From Ignavibacteria bacterium (GTDB lineage Bacteria > Bacteroidota > Ignavibacteria > UBA10030 > UBA6906), in NCBI GenBank assembly GCA_040290295.1, contig PSMW01000007.1, positions 11,283-75,282 on the forward strand: DNA of 64,000 nucleotides, read 5' to 3'. The position numbers and the translations under genes are program-made. Position 1 is the first letter of the stretch. Every line of letters begins with the position of its first letter. Shown here one piece after another: positions 53,448 through 63,833 of the stretch. Under the pieces are notes generated by a model that worked only from the letters and a program-made list of their open reading frames with translations, had not been told where the DNA came from and made no database searches.

Positions 53448-54476
53448 ATGCAAATCCGCCTGAGCCTTTTTGAACGAATTCTCCATCGCCTGCATCTTCT
53501 TCCCACGCCTTTCATGGATGCGTTTGGCAGCATGATCTTCGGTAGGGTGCTGACGATCGCTGCGCGTCGTGGAGTGTTCGAGGCTGTTGCTGATGGGCCG
53601 CGTTCGGTGCAGGAGATCGCCGAGTGGACTCGCCTACATCCTCGAGCTGTCACATTGATGGCGGAGGCGTTCGTTGTCGGCGGGTATCTGTGCCATGAGG
53701 GAGATGGCTATCGCATCAGCGTGGAGGGAAGGAAATGGTTGGTGCGGGGTTCGCCGCATTTTGTCGGGAATCTCATCCGCTATTTCGAAACGCTGTATGA
53801 TCGGTGGAGTGCTTTCGAGTATGCGCTGGAGCATGGGGTGCCGCGCCGAGCCTACTTCGAGCACTTTACGGATGAGGATTGGGAAATCTACGTGTACGGC
53901 ATGGCGGACTTGGCGCGGCTGCTTCAGCCGCATGTTCTTCGCCGCATCGTCGTGGAGCGAATGGAAGGCTCGCTGCTCGATCTCGGCGGTTCACACGGAT
54001 TGTATGCCGTTGAACTGTGCCGCCGCTATCCCAAGCTGCACGCTGTGGTGATGGACTTCGCGTCTGCACTCCAGGTTACCGAGCAGGTGGTGAGGCAAGA
54101 AGGAATGAGTGAGCGCATCGAGCTGCGCGCAGGTGATTTCTTGCGCGAGCGGCTCCCGTCGGGTCAGGAGTGTGTGTTGATGTTCAACGTGGTGCACGGC
54201 TTGACGAATGAGCAGAATGTAAGGGTGATTGCCTCTGTTCACGAGGCGCTGAACGATGGCGGAAGGCTGTACATCCTCGATCAGGTGAAAGGAACGAACC
54301 GACGTTCGTCTCTTGCTGCGTTCATGCCGTTGATGGTGGGATTGAATCTCCTGAACGAAATCGGAGGCACGGTGTACGATTGTCGGGACGTCGAGCGGTG
54401 GTGTAGCGGCTTTCGTACAGTGAAGCAGCACAGACTCCTCCTGCCGGGTGTTGTGCTGGTGGAAGCGGTGAAGTGA
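53448..54476 (+). CDS. Class I SAM-dependent O-methyltransferase (family 2; CrtF/BchU-like fold with an N-terminal dimerisation domain)
   Basis: SAM-binding motif LLDLGGSHG and a downstream acidic motif, plus a winged-helix dimerisation N-terminus. Starts 28 nt after the dctM stop. Confidence 0.65.
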   Translation: MQIRLSLFERILHRLHLLPTPFMDAFGSMIFGRVLTIAARRGVFEAVADGPRSVQEIAEWTRLHPRAVTLMAEAFVVGGYLCHEGDGYRISVEGRKWLVRGSPHFVGNLIRYFETLYDRWSAFEYALEHGVPRRAYFEHFTDEDWEIYVYGMADLARLLQPHVLRRIVVERMEGSLLDLGGSHGLYAVELCRRYPKLHAVVMDFASALQVTEQVVRQEGMSERIELRAGDFLRERLPSGQECVLMFNVVHGLTNEQNVRVIASVHEALNDGGRLYILDQVKGTNRRSSLAAFMPLMVGLNLLNEIGGTVYDCRDVERWCSGFRTVKQHRLLLPGVVLVEAVK

Positions 54477-54541
54477 GATGGATGCTTGAAGTGTCGGAAG
54501 CGAAGAAGGGAGGAAGCTACGCGCGTTAGGTGCCCGAAAGG

Positions 54542-54652
54542 TGGCGCCGCTTTTTGGCGCCAGTGCCGCTGCTGCTGTGTGCAGCGGCACCGAAGCGGAT
54601 GCGGAGCCTGAAGGGCACCGACCCCCGCCTGCGTCCCGCCGTAGGCGGGGGG
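54542..54652. repeat. Cluster of three consecutive perfect hairpins between convergent gene ends (terminator/REP-like)
   Basis: TGGCGCC…GGCGCCA; GTGCCGCTGC…GCAGCGGCAC (10 bp); CCCCCGCCT…AGGCGGGGG (9 bp). Confidence 0.6.
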
Positions 54653-54685
54653 AACGCCCAACTCTTTTCGGCAAACACGTGGGCG

Positions 54686-55755
54686 CTAAAAGTAGGTTGC
54701 GATGCCGAAGTGCACGAGCGCTGCTCGAGATTCGTTGCCGATACGATCGACGATCCAATTGTGTTGGTAGTCGAGCTTGATCACGGTGTTGGGGACAAGG
54801 CGAAGGTTGGTGCCCACCGTGAGTCGTTGCATGTGGTCGCCGCGAAGATGCGCATCGAAGTCCACACACTCGTAGCGGATACCGGCGGCGAGTGTGGATT
54901 GCGGAAACATCGGCAACACGCCGCGCAACACGTCATAGACTGTTTGAGCATAAAATCCTTGCTGCGCGCGTCGGCGAACAAGCCGATAAGTGACGGCGGT
55001 ATCTGAATGCTCGCTCGCGCAAACTCTCTTTGCAGCAACAATCTGTTCCACCGAAACTCGCCATCGAGCGCAACGATGGTAAGCCGCCGCTTGTCATCTA
55101 CGACGAGTCCTTCTTTTTTGAATGTGTTGTACACGCCCGTATGCACGGAGGCGCCAAGCTCCAAGCAAAACTCACTCTGCCACGCAAGGCGTCCGAGGAG
55201 TGCGGGACTGCCGTTGTTGTCCTCATCGAATGTTTTGGGCCTGCCTTCGGGAATGGATGTGCCATTGCCGTTGAGGATGACGTCGTCATTCAGACCGTTG
55301 ACAACATACACCTCGTACGTGAGCCGATGATTGTCATACGGTGTGAACGCGCCGTAGCAGCCGAAACCTACTTCGGAGAGTGTGGTGGGAATGATGCGCG
55401 TGGAAACAAGCGGTCGGTCGGTGAACTCGTTGCGCGGACCGTCGTGGACGAGATTGAACTTGCCGAGCGGCGAGAACAGAATGCCCCCTCGTACGGTCAG
55501 CTCATCGAGCAGCACGATGTCGAGGAGCGCGGTCTCGAGCTTGATCTCTTCGGTTCCGTGTTCGAACTCCAACTCCGATGTGAGTTTGATGTGGGGTGAG
55601 ATGGATGAGAAGATGATGAGACCTTCGATGGGTGCGTCGAACGCTTCGGATGGTTCGGGCGCCTTGGTCAACAGATGATCGCAGGAGGCGATCGATGCGC
55701 CGAAAAGGGAAAGGACACAACGTTCAAAGAACGGTTTCATAATCGTATCTCCCAA
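54686..55755 (-). pseudogene. Outer-membrane beta-barrel protein, apparently frameshifted near 54990-55050
   Basis: The N-terminal part (55755 down to about 54993) and the C-terminal part (about 55050 down to 54686) are both protein-like but in different frames. The product ends …LVHFGIATYF (aromatic C-terminus) and begins with a signal-like N-terminus MKPFFERCVLSLFGASIASC. Confidence 0.45.
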
Positions 55756-55762
55756 TACTGAG

Positions 55763-57619
55763 CTACTGCACTACCAAGACCGGAATATGCAGCGCATGTC
55801 GCACTTCCGAGATGGACGCGCCGAAAATCAAGTCCTTGATGCCGCGGTGACCGTGTGCGCCCATGATGAGAAGATCGATGCCGGTTTCGTTGCTGAGACG
55901 AATGAGTTCCTTGGGCACGCGGCCGAAGCCAAGCATGGTGCGGGTAGTGATGCCGCGCTGGCGTAGTCCTTCGGCAATGGCTTCGAGGGTTTCGGCGTCG
56001 TGGCGTGCCTCATCGTCGAAGGCTTGTTTGCCGAAGAGTTGTCCGCCGACGCTCTCGACGACATGGAACAGGATCACTTGGGCACCATGGCGTTTGGCGG
56101 TGGAGAGTGCATGCGCAAGCACCTTCGCGCTCATCGCTCCGAAATCGAGCGCAACGCCGATGCGTTGATACTGTTGCTCGGGCAATACCATCGGTGTGAT
56201 CACTCGTTCCGGTGGAACCCTCTTCTTCCGCCAGGCCTTGGGCAATGCAATGTAGAGAAGCAACAGCGCCAATCCGATTAGGAGCGGCACGACCGTTATC
56301 CACAGCCAGAACGGATTGTCTGCTTCGGTGATCCAACCGGCAATCGTTTGATACACAAGACGAACGTTGAGTCCGATAATGACGGAGGCAACGACCCAAG
56401 CCAGAAGCTTGAGCCAGAGAGGATTGGCAAACTGCCCCATCTTCTCCTTGTCGCTCGTGTATTGAATGAGGGGAACGACGGCGAACGGGAGCTGGAGGCT
56501 GAGAATCACCTGACTGAGAATCAGCAGTTCGTACGAGCCGTGCTCGCCTTGGATCGAGATGACGATCACCGCGGGCACAATGGCGATCAGGCGTGTGATG
56601 AGCCTGCGCAGCCAAGGCCTCATCTTGAGCTGCAGAAATCCTTCCATCACGATTTGTCCCGCCAAGGTACCGGTGAGTGTGGAACTTTGGCCTGCGGAGA
56701 GCAAGGCGATGGCGAACAGCGTGCTTGCGAGTGTCGTTCCCAACAGCGGGGTTAGCAGTTCGTGCGCCTGTTGAATCTCCGTGACCACGATGCCGTGTTT
56801 GAAGAAGGTGGAGGCGGAAAGAATGAGGATCGCCGCGTTCACGAACAACGCTGCGTTGAGTGCGAGAGCGGTATCGACCAAATTATACTTACACGCGGCT
56901 CGCTTTCCTTCCGTCGTTTGCTCGACCGAGCGAGTCTGCACCAACGCGGAATGCAGGTAGAGATTGTGCGGCATGACGGTGGCGCCGAGGATGCCGATCG
57001 CAACGTACAAGCTTTCAGGGCTAAGGCGAGGTACCAACCCCGTTGCAAGTTCGCTCACGCGCGGTTGCGCCAAGACTAACTCGATGCCGAAGCAAACACC
57101 GATGGTGGAGACGAGCAAGAGAATGAACGCCTCCATTATCCGAATGCCGAAGTGTTGAATCAGGAGGAAGAGCATCGTATCGAAGCCGGTGATGATGACA
57201 CCGTAGAGCAACGGGATGTTGAACAAAAGATTGAGGCCGATAGCAGTGCCGAGCACTTCTGCAAGGTCGCATGCAGCGATGGCGATCTCGCACAGGAACC
57301 AGAGGACGTAGGCGACCGGGCGGGGATAATGTTCGCGGCAGGCTTGGGCAAGGTCACGCCCGGCGGCTATTCCCATACGAGCGGAAAGGGTCTGCAGCAG
57401 AATTGCCATCGCGTTGGACATGACCAACACCCACAACAGTTGGTAGCCGAAGCGCGCGCCTCCTTCGAGATCGGTTGCCCAGTTGCCCGGGTCCATATAG
57501 CCCACACTGACCAGGTAGGCAGGTCCCGCGAAGGCGAACAGCCGCTTCGCCAACCCGACATTTTTCGGAATGGCGACGCTGCGATGAACCTCCGAGAGAG
57601 AAACTGTCTTTCGTTCCAT
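55763..57619 (-). CDS. mntH: Nramp-family divalent metal (Mn/Fe) transporter fused to a C-terminal UspA domain
   Basis: Nramp motifs (GPAYLVSVGYMDPGNWATDLEGG, MPHNLYLHS). C-terminal about 150 aa has a universal-stress-protein fold (…VILFHVVES … GAHGHRGIKDLIFGASISEV…). Confidence 0.85.
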   Translation of the reverse strand: MERKTVSLSEVHRSVAIPKNVGLAKRLFAFAGPAYLVSVGYMDPGNWATDLEGGARFGYQLLWVLVMSNAMAILLQTLSARMGIAAGRDLAQACREHYPRPVAYVLWFLCEIAIAACDLAEVLGTAIGLNLLFNIPLLYGVIITGFDTMLFLLIQHFGIRIMEAFILLLVSTIGVCFGIELVLAQPRVSELATGLVPRLSPESLYVAIGILGATVMPHNLYLHSALVQTRSVEQTTEGKRAACKYNLVDTALALNAALFVNAAILILSASTFFKHGIVVTEIQQAHELLTPLLGTTLASTLFAIALLSAGQSSTLTGTLAGQIVMEGFLQLKMRPWLRRLITRLIAIVPAVIVISIQGEHGSYELLILSQVILSLQLPFAVVPLIQYTSDKEKMGQFANPLWLKLLAWVVASVIIGLNVRLVYQTIAGWITEADNPFWLWITVVPLLIGLALLLLYIALPKAWRKKRVPPERVITPMVLPEQQYQRIGVALDFGAMSAKVLAHALSTAKRHGAQVILFHVVESVGGQLFGKQAFDDEARHDAETLEAIAEGLRQRGITTRTMLGFGRVPKELIRLSNETGIDLLIMGAHGHRGIKDLIFGASISEVRHALHIPVLVVQ

Positions 57620-57620
57620 G

Positions 57621-58274
57621 TTATGCAGGCTCCACGAAAATGGCGTCGGCGACTTGCTTGCTGATGAAATGATGCTTCGTTCCTACTTTCACGACCATCG
57701 AGCCATCGAACGCCTTCTTTTCCTTTACGACGAGTTTGCCGTTGAGCGCGAAGCCTAGGTGAGCGACATGCTGGAGAAGTTTGGCATCATCGTCATCCAC
57801 ACGCGAGATGCGCACAACGTCGCCGGCGTTGCACGCGGAGAGGAGCGAATCGGCCTTATCAACCAGCGCGCCGTCTTTTGTGGGAATCGGGTGTCCGTGG
57901 GGATCGACGCTCGGAAAGCCGAGCGCCTCATCTAATTTATGTTCCAACTCCTCCGACGTGACGTGCTCTAAACGCTCTGCTTCCTCGTGCACGCGATCCC
58001 AGGAGTACCCAAGAAATTGGGTGAGGAACATTTCCCAAAGGCGGTGCCGTCGCAAGATACCGAGCGCCATCTTTCGTCCTTTCGCAGTAAGCCGAACGCC
58101 TTGATACGGTTCGTAGCGCAGCAAACCTTTTTCGGAAAGCCGCTTGATCATATCGGTGATCGAGGCGTCGGCAACGCCAAGGTGCGCAGCGAGGGCAGAA
58201 GTGGTGGCGCGCTCGCCTTTCTCCTCGAGCTTGTAGATCGCTTTGATGTAATCTTCCGTGCTGATGGTCGGCAT
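57621..58274 (-). CDS. mntR: DtxR/MntR-family metal-dependent repressor with a C-terminal FeoA/SH3-like domain
   Basis: N-terminal HTH (…TTSALAAHLGVADASITDMIKRLSEKGLL…), metal-binding region (…HEEAERLEH…) and a C-terminal SH3-like domain. Confidence 0.85.
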   Translation of the reverse strand: MPTISTEDYIKAIYKLEEKGERATTSALAAHLGVADASITDMIKRLSEKGLLRYEPYQGVRLTAKGRKMALGILRRHRLWEMFLTQFLGYSWDRVHEEAERLEHVTSEELEHKLDEALGFPSVDPHGHPIPTKDGALVDKADSLLSACNAGDVVRISRVDDDDAKLLQHVAHLGFALNGKLVVKEKKAFDGSMVVKVGTKHHFISKQVADAIFVEPA

Positions 58275-58291
58275 AGCTGTGTGGGCAAAGC

Positions 58292-58316
58292 AAAGTTTAG
58301 GTTCGCCTAAAGTTTA
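58292..58316. promoter_or_regulatory. Palindromic DtxR/MntR-box-like operator upstream of mntR
   Basis: AAAGTTTAGGTTCGCCTAAAGTTTA contains the perfect inverted repeat TTTAGG-ttcg-CCTAAA. It resembles the DtxR consensus TTAGGTTAGCCTAACCTAA and lies 18-40 nt upstream of the mntR start. Confidence 0.5.
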
Positions 58317-58366
58317 TGTTTTGTAGCCTTAAAGTCAAGACTCGCACGTAACACGCCGTAACGATA

Positions 58367-58401
58367 AAGGGCGGAGCCTCCCGAAGGAAGCCTCCGCCCT
58401 T
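58367..58401 (-). terminator. Putative terminator downstream of the M16 peptidase gene pair
   Basis: 12-bp stem AAGGGCGGAGCC / GCCTCCGCCCTT with one mismatch, followed on the minus strand by TTTATCGTT. Confidence 0.45.
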
Positions 58402-58492
58402 GTGCAATGGTCGAACGCTGTTGAACGGATGCGATCAGGAAGGCTCAGGGTTTCTGCTCGCCCGGCGCACGATCGAGGACGCGCCCGGGACG

Positions 58493-59983
58493 TTAATTCT
58501 CGAACAACTGCTCGACTGGCACGACGCGCGTTTTTTCCTTGTTGACCTTCAACGGCAGTTTCTCGATGATTGTATCCTCATCCAGAATGCGTTGTGAGAC
58601 CGGTGAGGTATAGGTGATGGGGGAAGGAGCGTTGGCGATAATCTTGGCAAGAAGATTCTCGGCATCTTCCGCTACCATCGCCACCTTCATGTTCGTGGGA
58701 TGAATGTACCGCGTGATGGCGCTGTTGACTTGGGCAAGCGTCAGGGTGCGCAGCTCCTTATCGATACGATCGATGTAGTAGTCCGTACCATAGAACTCTG
58801 AGTCCATTGCGTACCCGAGTCGCCGGTCGAGTGTTTGTGCCCAGAGCTTGGAGTAATTGAGGAGGAATTTTCGGGTTTGTTCGAAATCGTACTCGCTCAG
58901 TCCCTTTTCGACGAACTTTTGGAGTTCGAACATGGCGGCTCGCAGTGCAAAGTGGGCGTTCTCGGGCTGCACGGGTCGAAGCCACACACTGAAGTATTGC
59001 TGGCGCAACGGTGTGTTCACGTTCGGAAAGACGTCTCCCGATCCCAAGCCGCCGATGAACCGCTCGATGTAGGAGTAGTCGCCGTAGTTCAAACCACGAT
59101 CGCCTCGCAGGCGATTCATCAGCACGCCGTTGAATGTACGGTGCTCGCCAAGATACGAATTGGCGACCATCAGCGCATAGTAGTCCTTATCCTTGCGCGT
59201 AATCGGCAAAGGATGCCCGAGGGAAATGGCGGTGGCGCGCGCGGGTTTCCGCACGACGTCGAACTCCAGTCCGGAGATGGGCGCAGGATCGGGAAGCGGC
59301 ACCGGTTCGAATGTACCGTCGGGCAACGCGGCAAAGTCACGGCGCATCCTCTCGACGAAGCCGTCGGGATATCCGCCTGCGATGCCGAGCCATATTCGAC
59401 CCGTGGTGTACATCTGTTTGTAGTACGCTTTCACATCCTCCAACGTGATGGACTTCAAGCCTTGTACTGTTGCCCCGGCAGTTCCGTACGGATGGTTTCT
59501 GAACATGGCGATGAGAAGGGCCTCTTTGCCGAGATTCTCGTCGTCGGTGCCGCGAAGAGTTTTCTCAAGATAGTTCAGCATCAAGTCCTTATTGCGCGTG
59601 AAGTCGTCCGGATCGAAACGCGGACGCAGCAACAAGTCGGAAAACAGCTCGTAGAACGCGTCGAGATGATCGCGGTGGACATGTCCGATGAAGGTGGTGA
59701 TCTCTTTGTCGGGCTGAACGCTGACGGTGGCAGCCCAAGGATACATGCGGGCGACCACGTCTTGATAGTGCAGCGTGGTTGTGCCGCCTTGTGCCAGCAT
59801 ATACGCGGTGAGCGCGTTGATGCCTTCTTTCCCTCTCCAGTCGTTGACCGAACCTGCTCGAAGAATGATGCGAAAGGTGATCAAGGGCGAGCTTGCGCTG
59901 CGGACTTCGGTAACCTTCAATGCGGTTTTCGCGATCGCCATGGTGCTCATCATGATCATCATGCCCATCAAGAATGTTCTCAT
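58493..59983 (-). CDS. M16-family (pitrilysin-like) peptidase subunit lacking an obvious HxxEH motif (probably non-catalytic partner)
   Basis: Signal peptide and the M16 fold. Paired with the upstream HxxEH-containing paralogue. Confidence 0.7.
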   Translation of the reverse strand: MRTFLMGMMIMMSTMAIAKTALKVTEVRSASSPLITFRIILRAGSVNDWRGKEGINALTAYMLAQGGTTTLHYQDVVARMYPWAATVSVQPDKEITTFIGHVHRDHLDAFYELFSDLLLRPRFDPDDFTRNKDLMLNYLEKTLRGTDDENLGKEALLIAMFRNHPYGTAGATVQGLKSITLEDVKAYYKQMYTTGRIWLGIAGGYPDGFVERMRRDFAALPDGTFEPVPLPDPAPISGLEFDVVRKPARATAISLGHPLPITRKDKDYYALMVANSYLGEHRTFNGVLMNRLRGDRGLNYGDYSYIERFIGGLGSGDVFPNVNTPLRQQYFSVWLRPVQPENAHFALRAAMFELQKFVEKGLSEYDFEQTRKFLLNYSKLWAQTLDRRLGYAMDSEFYGTDYYIDRIDKELRTLTLAQVNSAITRYIHPTNMKVAMVAEDAENLLAKIIANAPSPITYTSPVSQRILDEDTIIEKLPLKVNKEKTRVVPVEQLFEN

Positions 59984-59984
59984 G

Positions 59985-61340
<1,356 letters not shown>

Positions 61341-61506
61341 CGTGTCTCCTTCATTGGTGATTGAGATATGCGTGAGTAAGAATGAAGTGCCGTTGAGGTG
61401 GACGGCTGCTGTTACGATTGTTGCAATCATGTGATTGTTGTGTACAAGGCGTTCGACTTTTCCTCCATGGACTTCCCTGTTGTGTTGGCGTTCTCGCACG
61501 GGATGA

Positions 61507-62778
61507 TCATGTGTAGAGTGATTGTAAAGGTGCGGGAAGTGTGCGGAAGAGGGCTTTCAGTTCTTGAATCAACGAACGTATCGTCTGCTGAGGCGGCGCC
61601 GATTCCGCAAAGCGCACCACATAGTCCCATGTTGCCGCGGCAATGCCGACATCCTTTTTCGCCTCCTTGCTCATAAAGTACTTGTGCTCCATGATGCGGA
61701 CGTAGAGACTGGCAGCCGTTCGCTCGGGAAAGAACGACGAGAGATCGTATTCATTGAAGAGGCGACAGACAGGCCGGAACACTTCGCGATACCAATTCTG
61801 TGCAGCATCTTCCAGCATCACCTCGTGCCCTTCGCGCTCGCTGAGATACCATTTGTGTTCGTTGATATGCTTGAGCAGAATTGCGCCATAGCCCTTCGTG
61901 TCGAAATCGCCCAGCAGGGAGTCCACATCGATTTGCGTGACGATTTCGAATGAGCGCATTTCCTGCTCCACCTCATAGCGTTCCGAGTACACGTCGAGGA
62001 TCATCTGTTGATCATCTTCCGTGATCACCGGTTCGCGCACAATGCCGCTGGCTCTGAGGTCGGCCTCCATCCACAACATGGATTCGATAAAGAATTCGAC
62101 GTCGGCGCGGCGGAGCGTCTCCGAGAGTGAGGGATGAATTTCGACCGTCTCTGCGTCGGCGAGGACGGCGCGGAGCTTCGTACGGTACCCTAATTCCGGC
62201 TCCAGTTCGCTGCTGAAATGGATGAGCATGTTTGCCAGTGACGCATCGCCCCAATACACACCCCGACTGTGCATCTCGACGAACAATTCGATGACGGCAT
62301 ACCATATACGTCGGCGGTTTTCTTTTGTGAAGCCGCGCTTGTACAAGAATGCGTCGGGCACGACCTTCTCCATGAGTTCGGTGACCAGATAAGCGGTGTA
62401 ACGCTCGTACGGCTGCAACCCGATCGGCGTGCTCATGGTATCGACGCCGTCGAACCGCTCCACGACGCCGATCGGCGTCAGGGTGCGGATACCCATCGCT
62501 TGCAGCTGCAGATAGGTGCGATATTCGCGCTGTGCGGTTTCTCGTGACGTCTCCTTGACCGCGAAACGCCTGCCGCCGGTTTCGATGAATCGTACCACGT
62601 GGCGCGAAAGTCCGCTCTTCACTTCCAAGAATTTTACCCCCTGGTCGTGCCACGACTCCAACGCGTGTTGCCACGGAAGCAGCACGAACGAGGAGAGAAG
62701 ATCGGTCGGGAGGAAGAAACGGAGGTGGTTCAACTCCAGTATCGGTTCAGATGTGCCCGATGGTTTGCGTGTTCCCAT
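61507..62778 (-). CDS. Uncharacterised protein with a protein-kinase-like (lipopolysaccharide-kinase/RIO-like) core
   Basis: 423-aa ORF. Kinase-like catalytic-loop region VYWGDASLANMLIHF with W in place of the usual H of HGD. Otherwise no confident family assignment. Confidence 0.4.
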   Translation of the reverse strand: MGTRKPSGTSEPILELNHLRFFLPTDLLSSFVLLPWQHALESWHDQGVKFLEVKSGLSRHVVRFIETGGRRFAVKETSRETAQREYRTYLQLQAMGIRTLTPIGVVERFDGVDTMSTPIGLQPYERYTAYLVTELMEKVVPDAFLYKRGFTKENRRRIWYAVIELFVEMHSRGVYWGDASLANMLIHFSSELEPELGYRTKLRAVLADAETVEIHPSLSETLRRADVEFFIESMLWMEADLRASGIVREPVITEDDQQMILDVYSERYEVEQEMRSFEIVTQIDVDSLLGDFDTKGYGAILLKHINEHKWYLSEREGHEVMLEDAAQNWYREVFRPVCRLFNEYDLSSFFPERTAASLYVRIMEHKYFMSKEAKKDVGIAAATWDYVVRFAESAPPQQTIRSLIQELKALFRTLPAPLQSLYT

Positions 62779-62783
62779 GAGTA

Positions 62784-63683
62784 TTACTGAATCTCTTTAC
62801 CCGTCAGCATTCGCAGCGCCTCTTCGTATTTCTTGCTCGTCGTCTCGATGACGTCGGGCGGCAAAGGTGGTGGAGGCGGTTGCTTGTCCCATCGCATCGA
62901 GAGCAGATAGTCGCGAACGTATTGCTTGTCGAAGCTGGGTTGTGGTCCTCCGGGTGTGTAACGGTCCATTGGCCAGAAGCGTGAAGAATCCGGAGTCAGC
63001 GCTTCATCGATCCACACAATGGTGCCGTCATCGTCCAGGCCGAACTCGAACTTGGTGTCGGCGATGATGATGCCGCGGGTTGCGGCGTAGGCTGCACCTT
63101 CAGCATAGAGCGTGAGGGTTATCTCTCTCAGTGCAGTCGCAAGATGCGTCCCAACGATGCGCACCATCTCATCGAAGGTGATGCCCTCGTCGTGTGTTCC
63201 CGTCGGCGCTTTGGTTGTAGGTGTAAAAATCGGTTCGCTCAACTTGTCGGATTCGCTCAAGCCTTCGGGCAAACGGATGCCGCATACTGTTCTCGTACGC
63301 TTGTACTCGTTCCATCCTGAGCCGGAGAGGTACCCGCGCGCAACGCACTCGATCGGTATGGGCTTTGTTTTCTTGACCATCATGCTTCGCCCTGCGAAGA
63401 TTTCCGGCGCCGATCGGAACGGCTCGGGGAACTTCCGCTCGTCTGTCGTGATGATATGGTGTGGAACCACGTGTCCAAGCCGCTCGAACCAGAACGCAGA
63501 GATCTGTGTCAGGACTTTGCCTTTGTTCGGGATGCCGTCCGGAAGGACAACATCGAACGCCGAAAGTCGATCGGTTGCCACGATGAGCAACGTCGTGCCG
63601 AGATCGTAAATGTCGCGCACCTTGCCTTGCTTCGTCGGCCGAAGATCTTTGATGGCTGTAGTTGTGATAGTCGATGGTTGCAT
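62784..63683 (-). CDS. purC: Phosphoribosylaminoimidazole-succinocarboxamide synthase
   Basis: SAICAR synthetase motifs (…GKVRDIY … LLIVATDRLSAFD …). About 300 aa, the long PurC type. Confidence 0.85.
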   Translation of the reverse strand: MQPSTITTTAIKDLRPTKQGKVRDIYDLGTTLLIVATDRLSAFDVVLPDGIPNKGKVLTQISAFWFERLGHVVPHHIITTDERKFPEPFRSAPEIFAGRSMMVKKTKPIPIECVARGYLSGSGWNEYKRTRTVCGIRLPEGLSESDKLSEPIFTPTTKAPTGTHDEGITFDEMVRIVGTHLATALREITLTLYAEGAAYAATRGIIIADTKFEFGLDDDGTIVWIDEALTPDSSRFWPMDRYTPGGPQPSFDKQYVRDYLLSMRWDKQPPPPPLPPDVIETTSKKYEEALRMLTGKEIQ

Positions 63684-63833
63684 GATGTGGTAAGGATCGA
63701 GCAATCGCCTGCTCAGGTTCGAGCACATTTTTTAAAACAAAAATGCACTAATGAAAACAATATGAGTGCATGCGCTCTGTTCGCATCGCAGCAAAGAGCA
63801 GACGGATGTGCGAAGAGTGATCGCGTCAGCTTT

